Source: Eledone cirrhosa (Eukaryota). Taken from it: a stretch of DNA of 64,000 nt. A program made the position numbers and the translations under genes. Every line of letters begins with the position of its first letter. Within the stretch, counting starts at the first letter, position 1. Below, one piece after another: positions 30,960 to 45,014 of this stretch. The notes beneath the pieces were generated by a model. That model worked only from the letters and a program-made list of their open reading frames with translations. It did no database searches and was not told the DNA's origin. The stretch spans positions 18,848,001-18,912,000 of the forward strand of contig OZ024757.1 in assembly GCA_964016885.1 (NCBI GenBank). The letters are read 5' to 3'.

Positions 30960-32842
30960 ATCAGGTGTAGTGTTGGCAAATTTTGGGAAGTATGGACGTT
31001 TTAAAGGATGCAGTGTCTCGACAGCTAACAACTGATGCGGCTAGTTTGTTCCATGGAGGTTTTGAAGGATGCAGTGTCTCAGCAGCTAACAACTGATGCA
31101 GGTAGTTTGTTCCTTGGAGGTTTTGAAGGATGCAGTCTCCCAACAGCTAACAACTGATGCAGGTAGTTTGTTTCATGGAGGTTTTAAAGGATGCAGTGTC
31201 TAGACAACTAACAACTGATGCAGGTAGTTTGTTCCATGGACGTTTTAAAGGATGCAGTGTCCCAACAGCTAACAACTGATGCAGGTAGTTTGTTTCATGG
31301 AGGTTTTGAAGGATGCAGTGTCCCAACAGCTAACAACTGATGCAGGTAGTTTGTTTCATGGAGGTTTTAAAGGATGCAGTGTCCCAACAGCTAACAACTG
31401 ATGCAGGTAGTTTGTTTCATGGAGGTTTTGAAGGATGCAGTGTCCCAACAGCTAACAACTGATGCAGGTAGTTTGTTTCTTGGAGGTTTTAAAGGATGCA
31501 GTGTCTAGACAACTAACAACTGATGCAGGTAGTTTGTTCCATGGACGTTTTAAAGGATGCAGTGTCCCAACAGCTAACAACTGATGCAGGTAGTTTGTTT
31601 CATGGAGGTTTTGAAGAATGCAGTGTCCCAACAGCTAACAACTGATGCAGGTAGTTTGTTCCATGGACGTTTTAAAGGATGCAGTGTCCCAACAGCTAAC
31701 AACTGATGCAGGTAGTTTGTTTCATGGAGGTTTTGAAGGATGCAGTGTCTAGACAACTAACAACTGATGCAGGTAGTTTGTTCCATGGACGTTTTAAAGG
31801 ATGCAGTGTCCCAACAGCTAACAACTGATGCAGGTAGTTTGTTTCATGGAGGTTTTGAAGGATGCAGTGTCCCAACAGCTAACAACTGATGCAGGTAGTT
31901 TGTTTCATGGAGGTTTTGAAGGATGCAGTGTCCCAACAGCTAACAACTGATGCAGGTAGTTTGTTTCATGGAGGTTTTAAAGGATGCAGTGTCTAGACAA
32001 CTAACAACTGATGCAGGTAGTTTGTTCCATGGACGTTTTAAAGGATGCAGTGTCCCAACAGCTAACAACTGATGCAGGTAGTTTGTTTCATGGAGGTTTT
32101 GAAGAATGCAGTGTCCCAACAGCTAACAACTGATGCAGGTAGTTTGTTCCATGGACGTTTTAAAGGATGCAGTGTCCCAACAGCTAACAACTGATGCAGG
32201 TAGTTTGTTTCATGGAGGTTTTGAAGGATGCAGTGTCTAGACAACTAACAACTGATGCAGGTAGTTTGTTCCATGGAGGTTTTAAAAGATGCAGTGTCCC
32301 AATAGCTAACAACTGATGCAGGTTGTTTGTTCCATGGAGGTTTTGAAGGATGCAGTGTCCCAACAGCTAACAACTGATGCTGGTTGTTTGTTCCATGGAA
32401 GTTTGAAAGGATGCTGTGTCCCGACAGCTATCAACTGATGCAGGTAGTTTGTTCCATGGACGTTTTAAAGGATGCAGTGTCCCAATAGCTAACAACTGAT
32501 GCAGGTAGTTTGTTTCATGGACGTTTTAAAGGATGCAGTGTCCCAAAAGCTAACAACTGATGCAGGTAGTTTGTTTCATGGAGGTTTTGAAGGATGCAGT
32601 GTCCCAACAGCTAACAACTGATGCAGGTAGTTTGTTCCATGGAGGTTTTGAAGGATGCAGTGTCCCAACAGCTAACAACTGATGCAGGTAGTTTGTTTCA
32701 TGCTTCAGCAACTCTGAGCATGAAAACAATGTTTCCGAAAGTCATGGGAGCTGTACTCTTTTCTGATTTTGTTGGCATGTCCACGTGTGTTAGACACATG
32801 GAATTCAAAAAAGTGCTCAGGGTTATTGTTGGAAAGATGGTT
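30960..32842 (-). mobile_element. CR1-group LINE ORF2 3' fragment containing a 61-bp tandem expansion
   Basis: Flanks translate (minus, with a frameshift) to NTRGHANKIRKEYSSHDFRKH..LRVAEAWNKLPASVVSC.DTASFKTS, the TRGH/WNxLP/FK C-terminal signature of CR1-type LINEs. Confidence 0.75.
30990..32702. repeat. 61-bp satellite, ~28 copies
   Basis: Unit GATGCAGTGTCCCAACAGCTAACAACTGATGCAGGTAGTTTGTTTCATGGAGGTTTTGAAG. Confidence 0.97.
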
Positions 32843-35058
32843 AATAATTGTTTCTACTTTTGGCACAAGGCCAGCAATTATCCCAGTGTAATTACTGGTA
32901 CTTTATTTCATCGACTTTATTTCATAGACTTTATTTCATAAGGATGAAAGGCAAAGCTAACCTTGGTGGGATTTGAACTCACCGTAAAGGGTCGCAACTC
33001 TCTGTTGGAAAGCATTGTGTCTGACGCTCTACCGATTCTGCCTAATAATTGTTTCTACTTTTGGCACAAGGCCAGCAATTACCCCCAGTGCATTACTGGT
33101 ACTTTATTTTATCAACCCTGTAAGGATGAAAGGCAAAGTTAACCTCGGCGGGCTTTGAATTCAGATCACAAAGGGCTGTAACTCAATGCTGCAAAGCATG
33201 GTGTCCGACCCTCTACCAATGCTGCCAATCCACCACTAAATAATAACTGAAGTGAAATGTCACAGTACACTCTGTATACAGCCATTGTAGTGATCTTGTT
33301 GGGAGTTCGAAATTACCTCTTGTGAATATTTTGGCTTTACCTTCGTTTGTACAGATTTACTAACAGGTATAACACCCCATAATAACAGTATGTGTTTATG
33401 TACACATGTATATATGTACACATGTATGTATGTACACATGTATGTATGTATGTACACATATATGTATGTATGTACACATGTATGTGTTTATGTACACATG
33501 TATGTATGTACACATGTATGTATGTACACATGTATGTATGTACACATGTATGTACACATGTATGTATGTATGTACACATCTATCTATATATATACTTATG
33601 TATGAACATATGTACATAGATACATATGTATGTCATCATCATCATCATCAGGTGTGTATGTTTATATGTATTTTATATGTATGTATATATATATATATTT
33701 GTATGTATGTATGTATGTATGTTTGTATTTATTTATGTATGTATATATATTCTTATGTTTGTATGCATGTCTATGCATGTATGTGTGTGTATATGTGTAT
33801 ATATGTACATATGTGTACATATATATATGTGTGTATGTTTATATATGTACATATGTGTATATGTATGTGTGTGTCTATGTATGTATGTGTGTGTATATAT
33901 GTACATATGTGTGTGTGTGTGTGTGTGTGCATGTGTGTATATATATATATATATGTATATATATGTACATAAATCAACATACATCAAGAAAAATCAATAC
34001 ATGTATAAAATAGAAAGGTCTATACAGTTTCGTCTTTACACCAACAGTATCTTGTTACCAATCACCTCCCAATATATTGATCCTATCATCAATATATTGA
34101 TTGAATATTGATTGGAAATTGATCTCCAATATATTCTATTGATCACAGGAATCTTCCCCAAAAGTCTGTTGCAGCAATTATTGATGTGTTCGTTAGGTAG
34201 AGGGCCAACAGTCAGGGTTTGAAGGTCATTGTAACCCCTTAAATAGACTCTGTTACTTGCTGTAACAGAAATGAAAGCCCTTCGCCCCACCTATTGGGGG
34301 TCTCTGAACAACACAGAATATAGTGGGACCATGTTTAAAAAATGTTGTAATATATGTATTTAGTTGAGTGATATACTGCTTTCCTTCTTTATATATATAT
34401 ATATCATCATCATCATCATCATTGTTTAATGTCTATCTTCCATGCTAGCATGGGTTAGACGGGAATTGTCCCACTTGAGGCAAGATTGGTCAGGTGACCG
34501 TGTCTCGCTCGTATAGGACTATCTGGCAGGTTTTCTACGACTGGATGCCCTTCCTAACACCAACCACATTTACAGTGTGGACTGGGAGCTATTTACCGTG
34601 TTACCTACATTACAGCGTGGACTGTGTTTTTTTTTTTTTGTCATGATACCTACACAACCTCATTTATTTAGGACTGGATGTTGTGGTACCAACATAACTT
34701 TACAGAGAAAGGGTGGTGTTGGTGGAAGTATATATATATATATATATATAATATAGAAATGGCTTCTACAGGACTAGAACTGTTTCATTTGGGAGAAATC
34801 ATCAGGTATGATTTCTCCCGAATGAAACAGTTCTAGTCCTGTAGAAGCCATTTCTATATTAAATGTTTATACTCTGCTATGTATTGAGTACCTTACTTAC
34901 TGTGGTTACCCCCGATTGAACCCAGGATACATATATATATATATATGGTGTCCTAATAAAAGGTTCATACACTTCAACAGAATTCTAATAAATATGTGTA
35001 TACATTTTTTCAGACATCCTGTATATATATTTATAAACATATATATATATATATATAT

Positions 35059-35562
35059 ATATTGTTATACGTTGGGAGGGTCATGTTGCCAATAAGAAAC
35101 ACACGCACCAGTTGCTTTCACTTCAATTTATTATAATAAATTTATAATAAATTTATAAATTTCTGGTTGGTTGGTTGGTTCCACAACCAGATAGTTGTTT
35201 ATATATTGTCATAGTTCTTTCGTCACACACTCTGTGACCGCTTCAGTGACTGGGGATTCCTTTCTTTGTTTCTGTGCCTCTCCTTTGTTCTGTCCTACGC
35301 CATTTTGTTTCTGTGTGTGTCACACACTGAAACAAAATGGAGAGGCACAGAAACAAAGAAAGGAATCCCCAGTCACTGAAGAGGTCACAGAGTGTGTGAC
35401 GAAAGAACTATGACAATATATAAACAACTATCTGGTTGTGGAACCAACCAACCAACCAGAAATTTATAAATTTATTATAAATTTATTATAATAAATTGAA
35501 GTGAAAGCAACTGGTGCGTGTGTTTCTTATTGGCAACATGACCCTCCCAAAGTATAACAATA
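35059..35562. repeat. ~500-bp near-perfect inverted repeat (arms ~250 bp)
   Basis: The left arm is the reverse complement of the right arm with few mismatches and one ~20-bp indel; centre ~35320. A shorter hairpin of the same family lies at 26207-26394. Confidence 0.95.
35372..35414 (+). ncRNA. Minimal hammerhead ribozyme (mirror at 35208-35250)
   Basis: GTCA-CTGAAGA-G-GTCAC..GTGAC-GAAA-GAAC-TA-TGAC. Confidence 0.75.
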
Positions 35563-35615
35563 TCAGTTTCAACACACGATTTCAGATAAAGAATCTTGCT
35601 AAACAAATTCTGAAA

Positions 35616-35671
<56 letters not shown>

Positions 35672-35779
35672 TTGCAGGTTTTTGATATGAAATCGTGTGT
35701 TGAAACAAATATTGTTATACTTGGGGAGGGTCATATTTGTGTAATATTGCCAGAATTAAAAACAGAACACACTCACTGT

Positions 35780-37445
35780 TTATATTTAAATATAGTAACG
35801 AAAGGGTTAAAGTGTTTATATTTATCTAAAAACATTCATAATTTCATGTAAGGACCTTTGTTAAGTTATATCTTCCAAACTCCAAATATGGTAATAAAAG
35901 GGTTAAAGTGTTTATATTTAAATGTGGTAATGAAAGGGTTAAAGTGTTTATATTTATCTAAACACATTCATAATTTCATGTAAGAACCTTTGTTAAGTTA
36001 TATCTTCCAAACTCCAAATATGGTAATAAAAGGGTTAAAGTGTTTATATTTAAATGTGGTAATGAAAGGGTTAAAGTGTTTATATTTATCTAAACACATT
36101 CATAATTTCATGTAAGAACCTTTGTTAAGTTATATCTTCCAAACTCCAAATATGGTAATAAAAGGGTTAAGGTGTTTATATTTAAATGTGGTAATGAAAG
36201 GGTTAAAGTGTTTATATTTATCTAAACACATTCATAATTTCATGTAAGAACCTTTGTTAAGTTATATCTTCCAAACTCCAAATATGGTAATAAAAGGGTT
36301 AAAGTGTTTATATTTAAATGTGGTAATGAAAGGGTTAAAGTGTTTATATTTATCTAAACACATTCATAATTTCATGTAAGAACCTTTGTTAAGTTATATC
36401 TTCCAAACTCCAAATATGGTAATAAAAGGGTTAAGGTGTTTATATTTAAATGTGGTAATGAAAGGGTTAAAGTGTTTATATTTATCTAAACACATTCATA
36501 ATTTCATGTAAGAACCTTTGTTAAGTTATATCTTCCAAACTCCAAATATGGTAATAAAAGGGTTAAGGTGTTTATATTTAAATGTGGTAATGAAAGGGTT
36601 AAAGTGTTTATATTTATCTAAACACATTCATAATTTCATGTAAGAACCTTTGTTAAGTTATATCTTCCAAACTCCAAATATGGTAATAAAAGGGTTAAGG
36701 TGTTTATATTTAAATGTGGTAATGAAAGGGTTAAAGTGTTTATATTTATCTAAACACATTCATAATTTCATGTAAGAACCTTTGTTAAGTTATATCTTCC
36801 AAACTCCAAATATGGTAATAAAAGGGTTAAGGTGTTTATATTTAAATGTGGTAATGAAAGGGTTAAAGTGTTTATATTTATCTAAACACATTCATAATTT
36901 CATGTAAGAACCTTTGTTAAGTTATATCTTCCAAACTCCAAATATGGTAATAAAAGGGTTAAGGTGTTTATATTTAAATGTGGTAATGAAAGGGTTAAAG
37001 TGTTTATATTTATCTAAACACATTCATAATTTCATGTAAGAACCTTTGTTAAGTTATATCTTCCAAACTCCAAATATGGTAATAAAAGGGTTAAAGTGTT
37101 TATATTTAAATGTGGTAATGAAAGGGTTAAAGTGTTTATATTTATCTAAACACATTCATAATTTCATGTAAGAACCTTTGTTAAGTTATATCTTCCAAAC
37201 TCCAAATATGGTAATAAAAGGGTTAAGGTGTTTATATTTAAATGTGGTAATGAAAGGGTTAAAGCGTTTATATTTATCTAAACACATTCATAATTTCATG
37301 TAAGAACCTTTGTTATCTTCCAAACTCCAAATATGGTAATAAAAGGGTTAAAGTGTTTATATTTAAATGTGGTAATGAAAGGGTTAAAGTGTTTATATTT
37401 ATCTAAAAACATTCATAATTTCTTGTAGGAACCTTTGTTAAGTTA
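35780..37445. repeat. 132-bp satellite, ~12.5 near-identical copies
   Basis: Period 132 (e.g. 35984 to 36116). Each unit has an internal ~36-bp duplication containing AAAGGGTTAA. Confidence 0.97.
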
Positions 37446-37895
37446 TTTTTCAAACTACATCTTCATAACGAGAAAGCTAGTCATATTATGAAATCCCTCC
37501 AAATTCTTTTATATTTTCAAAAATATTTGAAACACATTGGCAGTCTCTGTCATTAGAAATGTGATAACAAAGGGTTAAGTGGTATATACTTCAAAATTGC
37601 TTGACCTCAAATGTCAGTGACTGCATTCCACTTGACCATTCCATCTTCCCTACTTACTGTGTACAGAAAGTGGTAGAGTGGTCAAGAATTGTCTAGGAGA
37701 GTGACAAGCCTCCATCAAATGATATATATGTGTGTATGTGGTGTGACAGTGGCACTACATTTGAACCAACTATGAATCATGAAATATCTCGTAGAACTCA
37801 AGAATTAAGGCTTCTTTAAGTGCCAAAAACAATCAAGTTTCTGGAGTAGAATACTTAACTAATTAACTCTCTCTCTCTTACACTCCTCCTATGTC

Positions 37896-37931
<36 letters not shown>

Positions 37932-39499
37932 CCCCTCTCTCTCTCTCTCTCTCTCTCACACTTCTTTTATCCCTCTATCTCTCCTTTCTATCCCTTGCAG
38001 TCCCCCCCCCCACTCAGTCCCTCTATTTTTTCTCTCTTTTTCCCACTCCACTCAGTTTCTCTCGCTTTTTCTCTCCACTCTCTCTTTCCTTTCTCACACC
38101 CTCACTTTCTCCCTACATCTCTCTCTCTCTCTCTCTCTCCCATCTTTCCTATTGTTATCAGTGTGTGTATGTATCTGTGTATGTCTGTGTGTATGTATGT
38201 ATATGTGTATCTATGCATATATGTATGTGTACATATGTATGTACATATATATGTAATCATGTATGTATTTACATACATATATACATATATGTGTATGTAT
38301 GTACATACTTATTTATATGTATGTATAAGAGATGACCCCTTAGCCTTTGTCAAGGCAGAATTCTAGGAGAAGGAAAACTCTGATATAACACCTGCAACCC
38401 TGATGGTATCCAATGATGTTGACTTGTTCTTCTTTTTGGTAAATATCATCTTGGTTAAGAGAGTGGGACTGGCTTTGTGCAGTGCCTTTGCTCACTATAA
38501 AAGCTTCACGGCACAGGCATTGCTTTATATCTGGAGATCTCTCTGCACTTGTCGTCACATGGTACCATGGGCCCAGCACTATGTGTCAATAATTGTCACA
38601 AGTGTAGTGTTTGTACCAGAGTTGTCAAGTTGTTGGCTGGACTAAAAAGTCACACTCGTTCAGCGCATCGGTAGGGGTTCTCCTACATGGATATAAAGTA
38701 GTGGCCGTACTCGAAAACGAGTTGGCAGCCACCATATATATATGTATGCATGTATGTATGTATGTACATACTTATATATATGTATGTATATATATATGTA
38801 TGCATGTATGTAAGTAAGTACATACTTATTTATATGTATGTATGTATATATATATGTAGGCATGTATGTATGTACATACTTATATATATGTATGTATGTA
38901 TATATATATGTAGGCATGTATGTATGTACATACTTATATATATGTATGTATATATATGTATGCATGTATGTAAGTATGTACATACTTATTTATATGTATG
39001 TATATATGTATGTATGTATATATATATGCATGTATGTATGTACATACTTATATATATGTATGTACATACATATATACATATGTATGCATGTATGTACATA
39101 CTTATTTATATGTATGTATGTATGTATATATATGTATGCATGTATGTATGTATGTACATACTTATATATATATATGTATGTATGTATATATATGTATGCA
39201 TATATGTAAGTATGAACATACTTATTTATATGTATGTATGTATGTATGTATTTATATATATATATGTATGCATGTATGTATGTACATACTTATATATATG
39301 TATGTACATACATATATACATATGTGTGTTTGTATGCATGCATATATACATGTATGTATGTATGTATATATGTGTGTATGTATGTACGTAAAGAGGCAGA
39401 GAAAAAGTTTATATATATATATATATATCGGTATGTGGTTGATGGCTGAGAGAAATGAGTACTCAATACCTGAGTAGAGTTTTAATATTCATTATTATT

Positions 39500-39697
39500 T
39501 AGGCAGAGGATTGGCAGTATCGGTAGAGAGTCGGACGCCATGCTTTGAAGCATAGAGTTACGTCCCTTTACGGTCTGAGTTCAGATCCCGCCGAGGTTAA
39601 CTCTGCCATTCATCCTTACGGGGTCGATAAAATAAAGTACCAGTAATGCACTGGGGTAATTTGCTGGCCTTGTGCCAAAAGTAGAAACAATTATTAT
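39500..39697 (+). mobile_element. MetaSINE-type SINE (~195 bp), representative copy
   Basis: Central GCCTTTCATCCTTACGGGGTCGATAAAATAAAGTACCAG consensus resembles the Meta domain; (ATT)n tail. About 20 copies or fragments, e.g. 8795-8990(-), 12455-12670(-), 25405-25597(+), 27458-27645(-), 28275-28465(-), 32843-33237(-, two), 43185-43640(-, two), 49490-49680(+), 61793-61978(+). Confidence 0.85.
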
Positions 39698-40177
39698 TTA
39701 GGCTAAATAGTGAGTCTTGTTACTGTGGGGTTTCGTCTTTTTATCACAGGGTCACCAGATGACACTGTGTTGAACAGACGAACCTCCAGAGCACTGTCAA
39801 TGTCGATGGTGTTAGGAAGGGCATCCAGCGGTAGTAAACCTACCAGATAGTCCTATATGAGTGAGACACGGTCACCCGACTAATCATGCCTCAAATGGGA
39901 CAGTTCCCGTCTAACCCATGCTAGCGTGGAAGATGGATGTTAAATGATGATGATGATGATGATGATATGTATATATATGTATATATATGCAGAGGTTGTA
40001 TTTAATTTGTTGGGATTCAACAAGCTTAAAAATTTAAGCGGGTATGTCAATATTTATTTATAAAACGAATTTGTATTTTATCTGATGAAAGCGCACCAAA
40101 ATTTGCCTTGGTTGCCCTTGAAATATATATAATATAATAATTATGGTTTTATAAATATAGTTTCCATTTATTAATAT

Positions 40178-40214
<37 letters not shown>

Positions 40215-41063
40215 AAATAATTAAGTCAAATATGTAAAATTTAGCTTCGTTTATTATAAATTATAGATATACTGCGTTGAGTGCTGCAACCTGCATAGAG
40301 GTGTGGGTAAACATCCAACATATACTCAAAATTTATATATATATATGATATGCTGTGTTAGGTAATTCAGAAGGAAAAGCAAGGGGAAAAATATATATGG
40401 TGGCTGCCAACTCGTTTTCGAGTACGGCCACTACTTTATATCCATGTAGGAGTACCCCTACCGATGCGCTGAACGAGTGTGACTTTTTAGTCCAGCCAGC
40501 GACTTGAAAACTCTGGTACAAACACTACACTTGTGACAATTATTGACACATAGTGCTGGGCCCATGGTACCATGTGATGACAAGTGCAGAGAGATCTCCA
40601 GATATAAAGCAATGCCTGTGCTGTGAAGCTTTTAAAGCCAGTCCCACTCTCTTAACCAAGATGATATTTACTAAAAAGAAGAACAAGTCAACATCATTGG
40701 ATACCATCAGGGTTGCAGGTGTTATATCAGAGTGTTCCTTCTCCTAGAATTCTGCCTTGACAAAGGCTAAGGGGTCATCTCTCTCTGTGATTTTGGATGG
40801 CCATTGACTCTTAAGAGCTCCTTTGCTCTTTGACAGGTTTTGTTTTTAGTCCTGCAGGATGTCCAAAGTCACCCTCCTCACCAAGAAATCTTGGTGGGGT
40901 TGCCAGTTTAGTTGCCAACGACCCGACCATGGGACAGGTTGTACTGGGATACACATATATATATATATATATATACATACATATATACATACATACATAC
41001 ATATATATATATACATATATATTCTATTTAACTATTTCTCTTTTCTCTCTGTATTTCTTGCAG

Positions 41064-41191
41064 AATATGATGCCAGGGCATATGATGACCAAAGTCTGGG
41101 TGAGACTTACCCAGAAATGCCAAATTGGGAACAAAAATATTGTGTTCTGTTGCAGAACATCAAAAAATTTTATCATTATTCTTCGGAAGAG
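41064..41191 (+). CDS. Internal coding exon of a SynGAP/DAB2IP/RASAL2(nGAP)-like RasGAP, N-terminal split-PH region
   Basis: Strong polypyrimidine acceptor (ttttctctctgtatttcttgcag) and donor GAG|gtaaat. 128 nt, phase 1 in and phase 0 out, open frame (E)YDARAYDDQSLGETYPEMPNWEQKYCVLLQNIKKFYHYSSEE. WEQKYCVL resembles the RASAL2-type WERKYCIL motif (recalled, not searched). Confidence 0.8.
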
Positions 41192-43394
41192 GTAAATATA
41201 AGCTCTAGCAAGCACCTGATTAATTCTTTCGAGTTTGGTATATGTGTGTGGTGTGGTGTGGTGGTGTGTGGTGTGGTGTGATGGTGTGTGGTGTGGTGTG
41301 GTGTTGTGTGTTGTATGGTGTGGTGGTGTGTGTTGTGATGTATTGTGTTATGGTGTGATGTGGTGTGTTGTTGTTTGTTGTGGTGGTGTGTGGTGGTGTG
41401 GTGGTGTGTGATGTGATGTATTGTGGTGTGTTGTTGTTTGGTGTGGTGGTGTGTGGTGGTGTGGTGATGTGATGTGATGTGGTGTGGTGTGGTGTGGTGT
41501 GTTGTGGTGGTGTGTGGTGTGGTGGTGTGTGTTGTGATGTGGTGTAGTCTAGTGTGTTGCGATGTGTGGTGTAGTGTGGTGTGGTGTGTGTTGTTGTGTG
41601 GTGTGGTGTAGTGTGTGTAGTGTGCTGTGGTGTGATGTGGTGTGTTGTGGTGGTGTGTGGTATGATGTGATGTGGTGTGTTGTTGGTATGGAGGTGGTAT
41701 TGTGTGGTGTGGTGTAGTGTGTGATGTGGTGTGGTATGTGTGACGCTGGTGTTGTCATTGTTACAGTGGTGGTGAGAGTGGTTTAGGTGGTTGTGGTAGT
41801 GGTAATGGTGGTGATGTTAATGGTGGTTGTGGTATGGTGGTAGTGCTAGAGGTAACGGTGGTAATGGTAGTAGTGGTGGTGGTGTTGTCAGTGTTACTGT
41901 GGTGGTGGTGGTGTGGGCGGAGGGAGGCTGTTAATCCCATTGAGTGGAGAATGTAGAGGGAGGAGGGTGCTGGGAGGGGGTGGGTTGGTGAGGTGGGAGG
42001 GAGGTGTGATGGTGGGAGGTTGTGTGAGGATGAACTTCAAAAGATGATCAGAATTAAACTGATGCAGATGAAAGGAGGGCTTGCCATATACCCAGCATTA
42101 AACTGGAGGACTACTACTACTACTGCTGCTGCTACTACTGCTGCTACTACTACTACTACTACTACTGATGCTACTATTACTACTATTACTGTTACTACTA
42201 CTACTGATGCTACTACCACCACTGCTACTATAACGACAAGAACCACCACGTAAAGGGCCGTAACTCTATGCTGCAAAGCATTTTGTCTGACGCTCTACTG
42301 ATTCTATGAATCCAATAATAATAATAAAATGAGGTTAGCTTTGCCTTTGATCCTTACGGGGTCGATAAAATAAAGTACCAGTAATGCACTGGATAGTTGC
42401 TGGCCTTGTGCCATAAGTAGAAACAATTATTTAATGTCAGTTCTTGCTGTTAGCAAAATAACAATACAACTACAATAACAACAACAATAACAGTAATAAC
42501 AACAGCAGCAATGATGACAACAACAACAACAACTGCAATAATAGCAACAACAACAACAACAACAACAAGAGTAACAATAACAACAGCAATAACAAGAAGA
42601 GTAACAACAACAACAATAACAACAGCAATAACAACAGCAACAATAGCAACAACAACAAGAGTAACAATAACAAGAGCAACAACACCAAAAGTAACAATAA
42701 CAGCAATAACAAGAAGAGTAACAACAACAGCAATAACAACAACATCAATAACAACAACAATAGCAATAACAACAACAATAACAACAGCAAGAATAGCAAC
42801 AACAACAGCAATAACAGTGACGGCAGCAATAACAATAACAACAACAGCAACAATAGCAACAACAGCAATAACAGCGACGACAACAATAACAGCAATAACA
42901 ACAACAATAACAGCAATAACAGTGACAACAGCAATAACAATAACAACAGCAATAACAACAGCAACAATAACAGCAATAACAGTGACGACAACAATAACAA
43001 CAGCAACAATAACAACAGCAATAATAACAACAGCAATAACAACAACAGCAATAACAACAACAGCAATAACAACAACAACAATAGCAACAACAACAGCAAT
43101 AACAGCAACAACAACAACGTTGATTTTTGTTTCTAATTGGCCACAAGGGCTGAAGGTGTTGAAGACAGACAGACAGACAGACATTAATAATTGTTTCTAC
43201 TTTTGGCACAAGGCCAGCAATTACCCACCAGTGTATAACTGGTACTTTATTTTATCGACCCCCCGTAAGGATGAAAGGCAAAGTTGACTTCGGCGGGATT
43301 TGAACTCAGACCGTAAAGGGCCGTAACTCTATGCCGCAAAGCTTGTTGTTCGACCCTCCACCGGTACTGCCAATCCACCGCCCTAATAATAATG

Positions 43395-43426
<32 letters not shown>

Positions 43427-45014
43427 TGCTTCTACTATAGCCCTCCCCTTCAAGGCCAGCAATTTGAAGGGGAGGGGGTAAAAGTTGATTAAACCGACCC
43501 CAGTACATTACTGGTACTTTATTTTATCGACCCCTGTAAAGGATGAAAGGCAAAGTTAACCTCGGCAGTATTTGAACCCAGAACGTAAAGGGCCATAACT
43601 CTATGCCGCTAAGCATGTTGTCTGATGCTCTACTTATTCTGCTATAACGATACAACAAACAAACAAACGTGCGTGTGTGTATATATATACATGTGCATAT
43701 TATACACACACGTGTGTGTGTGTGTGTGTATATACACATGTATGTGTATATACACTCATGTATATGTATATACACTCATGCACGTGTTCATGTGTACACA
43801 TACATATGTGTATGTGTACACATACATACATATGTGTACACACATATGTTTGTATACACACACACACGTGTACGTACACACACACACATGTACACACCTG
43901 CACACATGTACACACACACACCTGCACACATGCCCACACACAAATTATTCCCCTCCTCACCCAAATTATCCCCTCCCCCCACACTCCTTTGTGATCTCTT
44001 TGAACTGGAATCCCTTAACTAATTGTTGTTGTTATTACTGTTGTTGAGGTTGTTTTTATTGTTGTTTTTGTTGTTGTTACTGTTGTTGTTGTTACTGTTG
44101 TTGTTGTTGTTACTGTTCTTGTTGTTACTGTGGTTGTTGTTACTGTTGTTGTTGTTACTGTTGTTGTTATTGTTGTTACTGTTGATGTTGTTACTGTGGT
44201 TGTTGTTGTTGTTGTTCTTATTGTTGTTGTTACTGTTGTTGTTACTGTTGGTGTTGTTGTTGTTACTGTTGTTGTTACTGTTGGTGTTGTTGTTACTGTT
44301 GTTGTTTTTACTGTGGTTGTTGTTGTTCTTATTGTTGTTGTTGGTGTTGTTGTTACTGTTGATGTTGTTACTGTTGTTACTGTGGTTGTTACTGTGGTTG
44401 TTGTTGTTGATGATGTTCTTATTGTTGTTGTTACTGTTGTTGTTGTTGTTGTTGTTGTCACTTTTATAACTTCTGCCGTTTTAATTTCTCTCTTTAATCT
44501 TTCTCTCTTCTTCTTTGATCCTAGAAGTCTTATTCAACATTTCCTTTCTTTTTTCTCATTCTTCTTCCTTTTTTCCTTCCTTCCTTCCTTTCTTGCTCCG
44601 AGGTCTTTGAGATCATCATCATTGTCATCATCATCACCATCATCACCATCACCACCATCATCATCATCATCACCATCACCACCACCATCACCATCATCAT
44701 CATCATCATCACTATTATCATCATCATCTTCACTATCACCATCACCATCATCACTATCACCAACATCATCCTCATTGACATCATCATCATCATCATCATT
44801 GTCAATATTATCATCATTACCAGTCATCATAATTATTGCCATCACCAACATCAGCATCAGCATAGTCCCCATCACCACCGTCATCACCTTCATCAGCACC
44901 ACCATAACCATCATCATCATTGTTTCACTATGTCTCTTCTGAACATGTCCATTAGACTTTGAGATCACTCAACACGCTGTACATCACAAGCTACTAGTTT
45001 ATATTAACATGCAG

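Noticed and set aside
34036-34290. 84-aa non-repetitive minus-strand ORF
   Set aside because: No recognisable domain or convincing splice sites; length is compatible with chance.
35059-35562. Interpreting the long hairpins as MITEs or miRNA precursors
   Set aside because: Arms are asymmetric, turn points vary within a family, solo copies exist and HHR cores are embedded. This fits PLE-type inverted ends better, although endo-siRNA production is not excluded.
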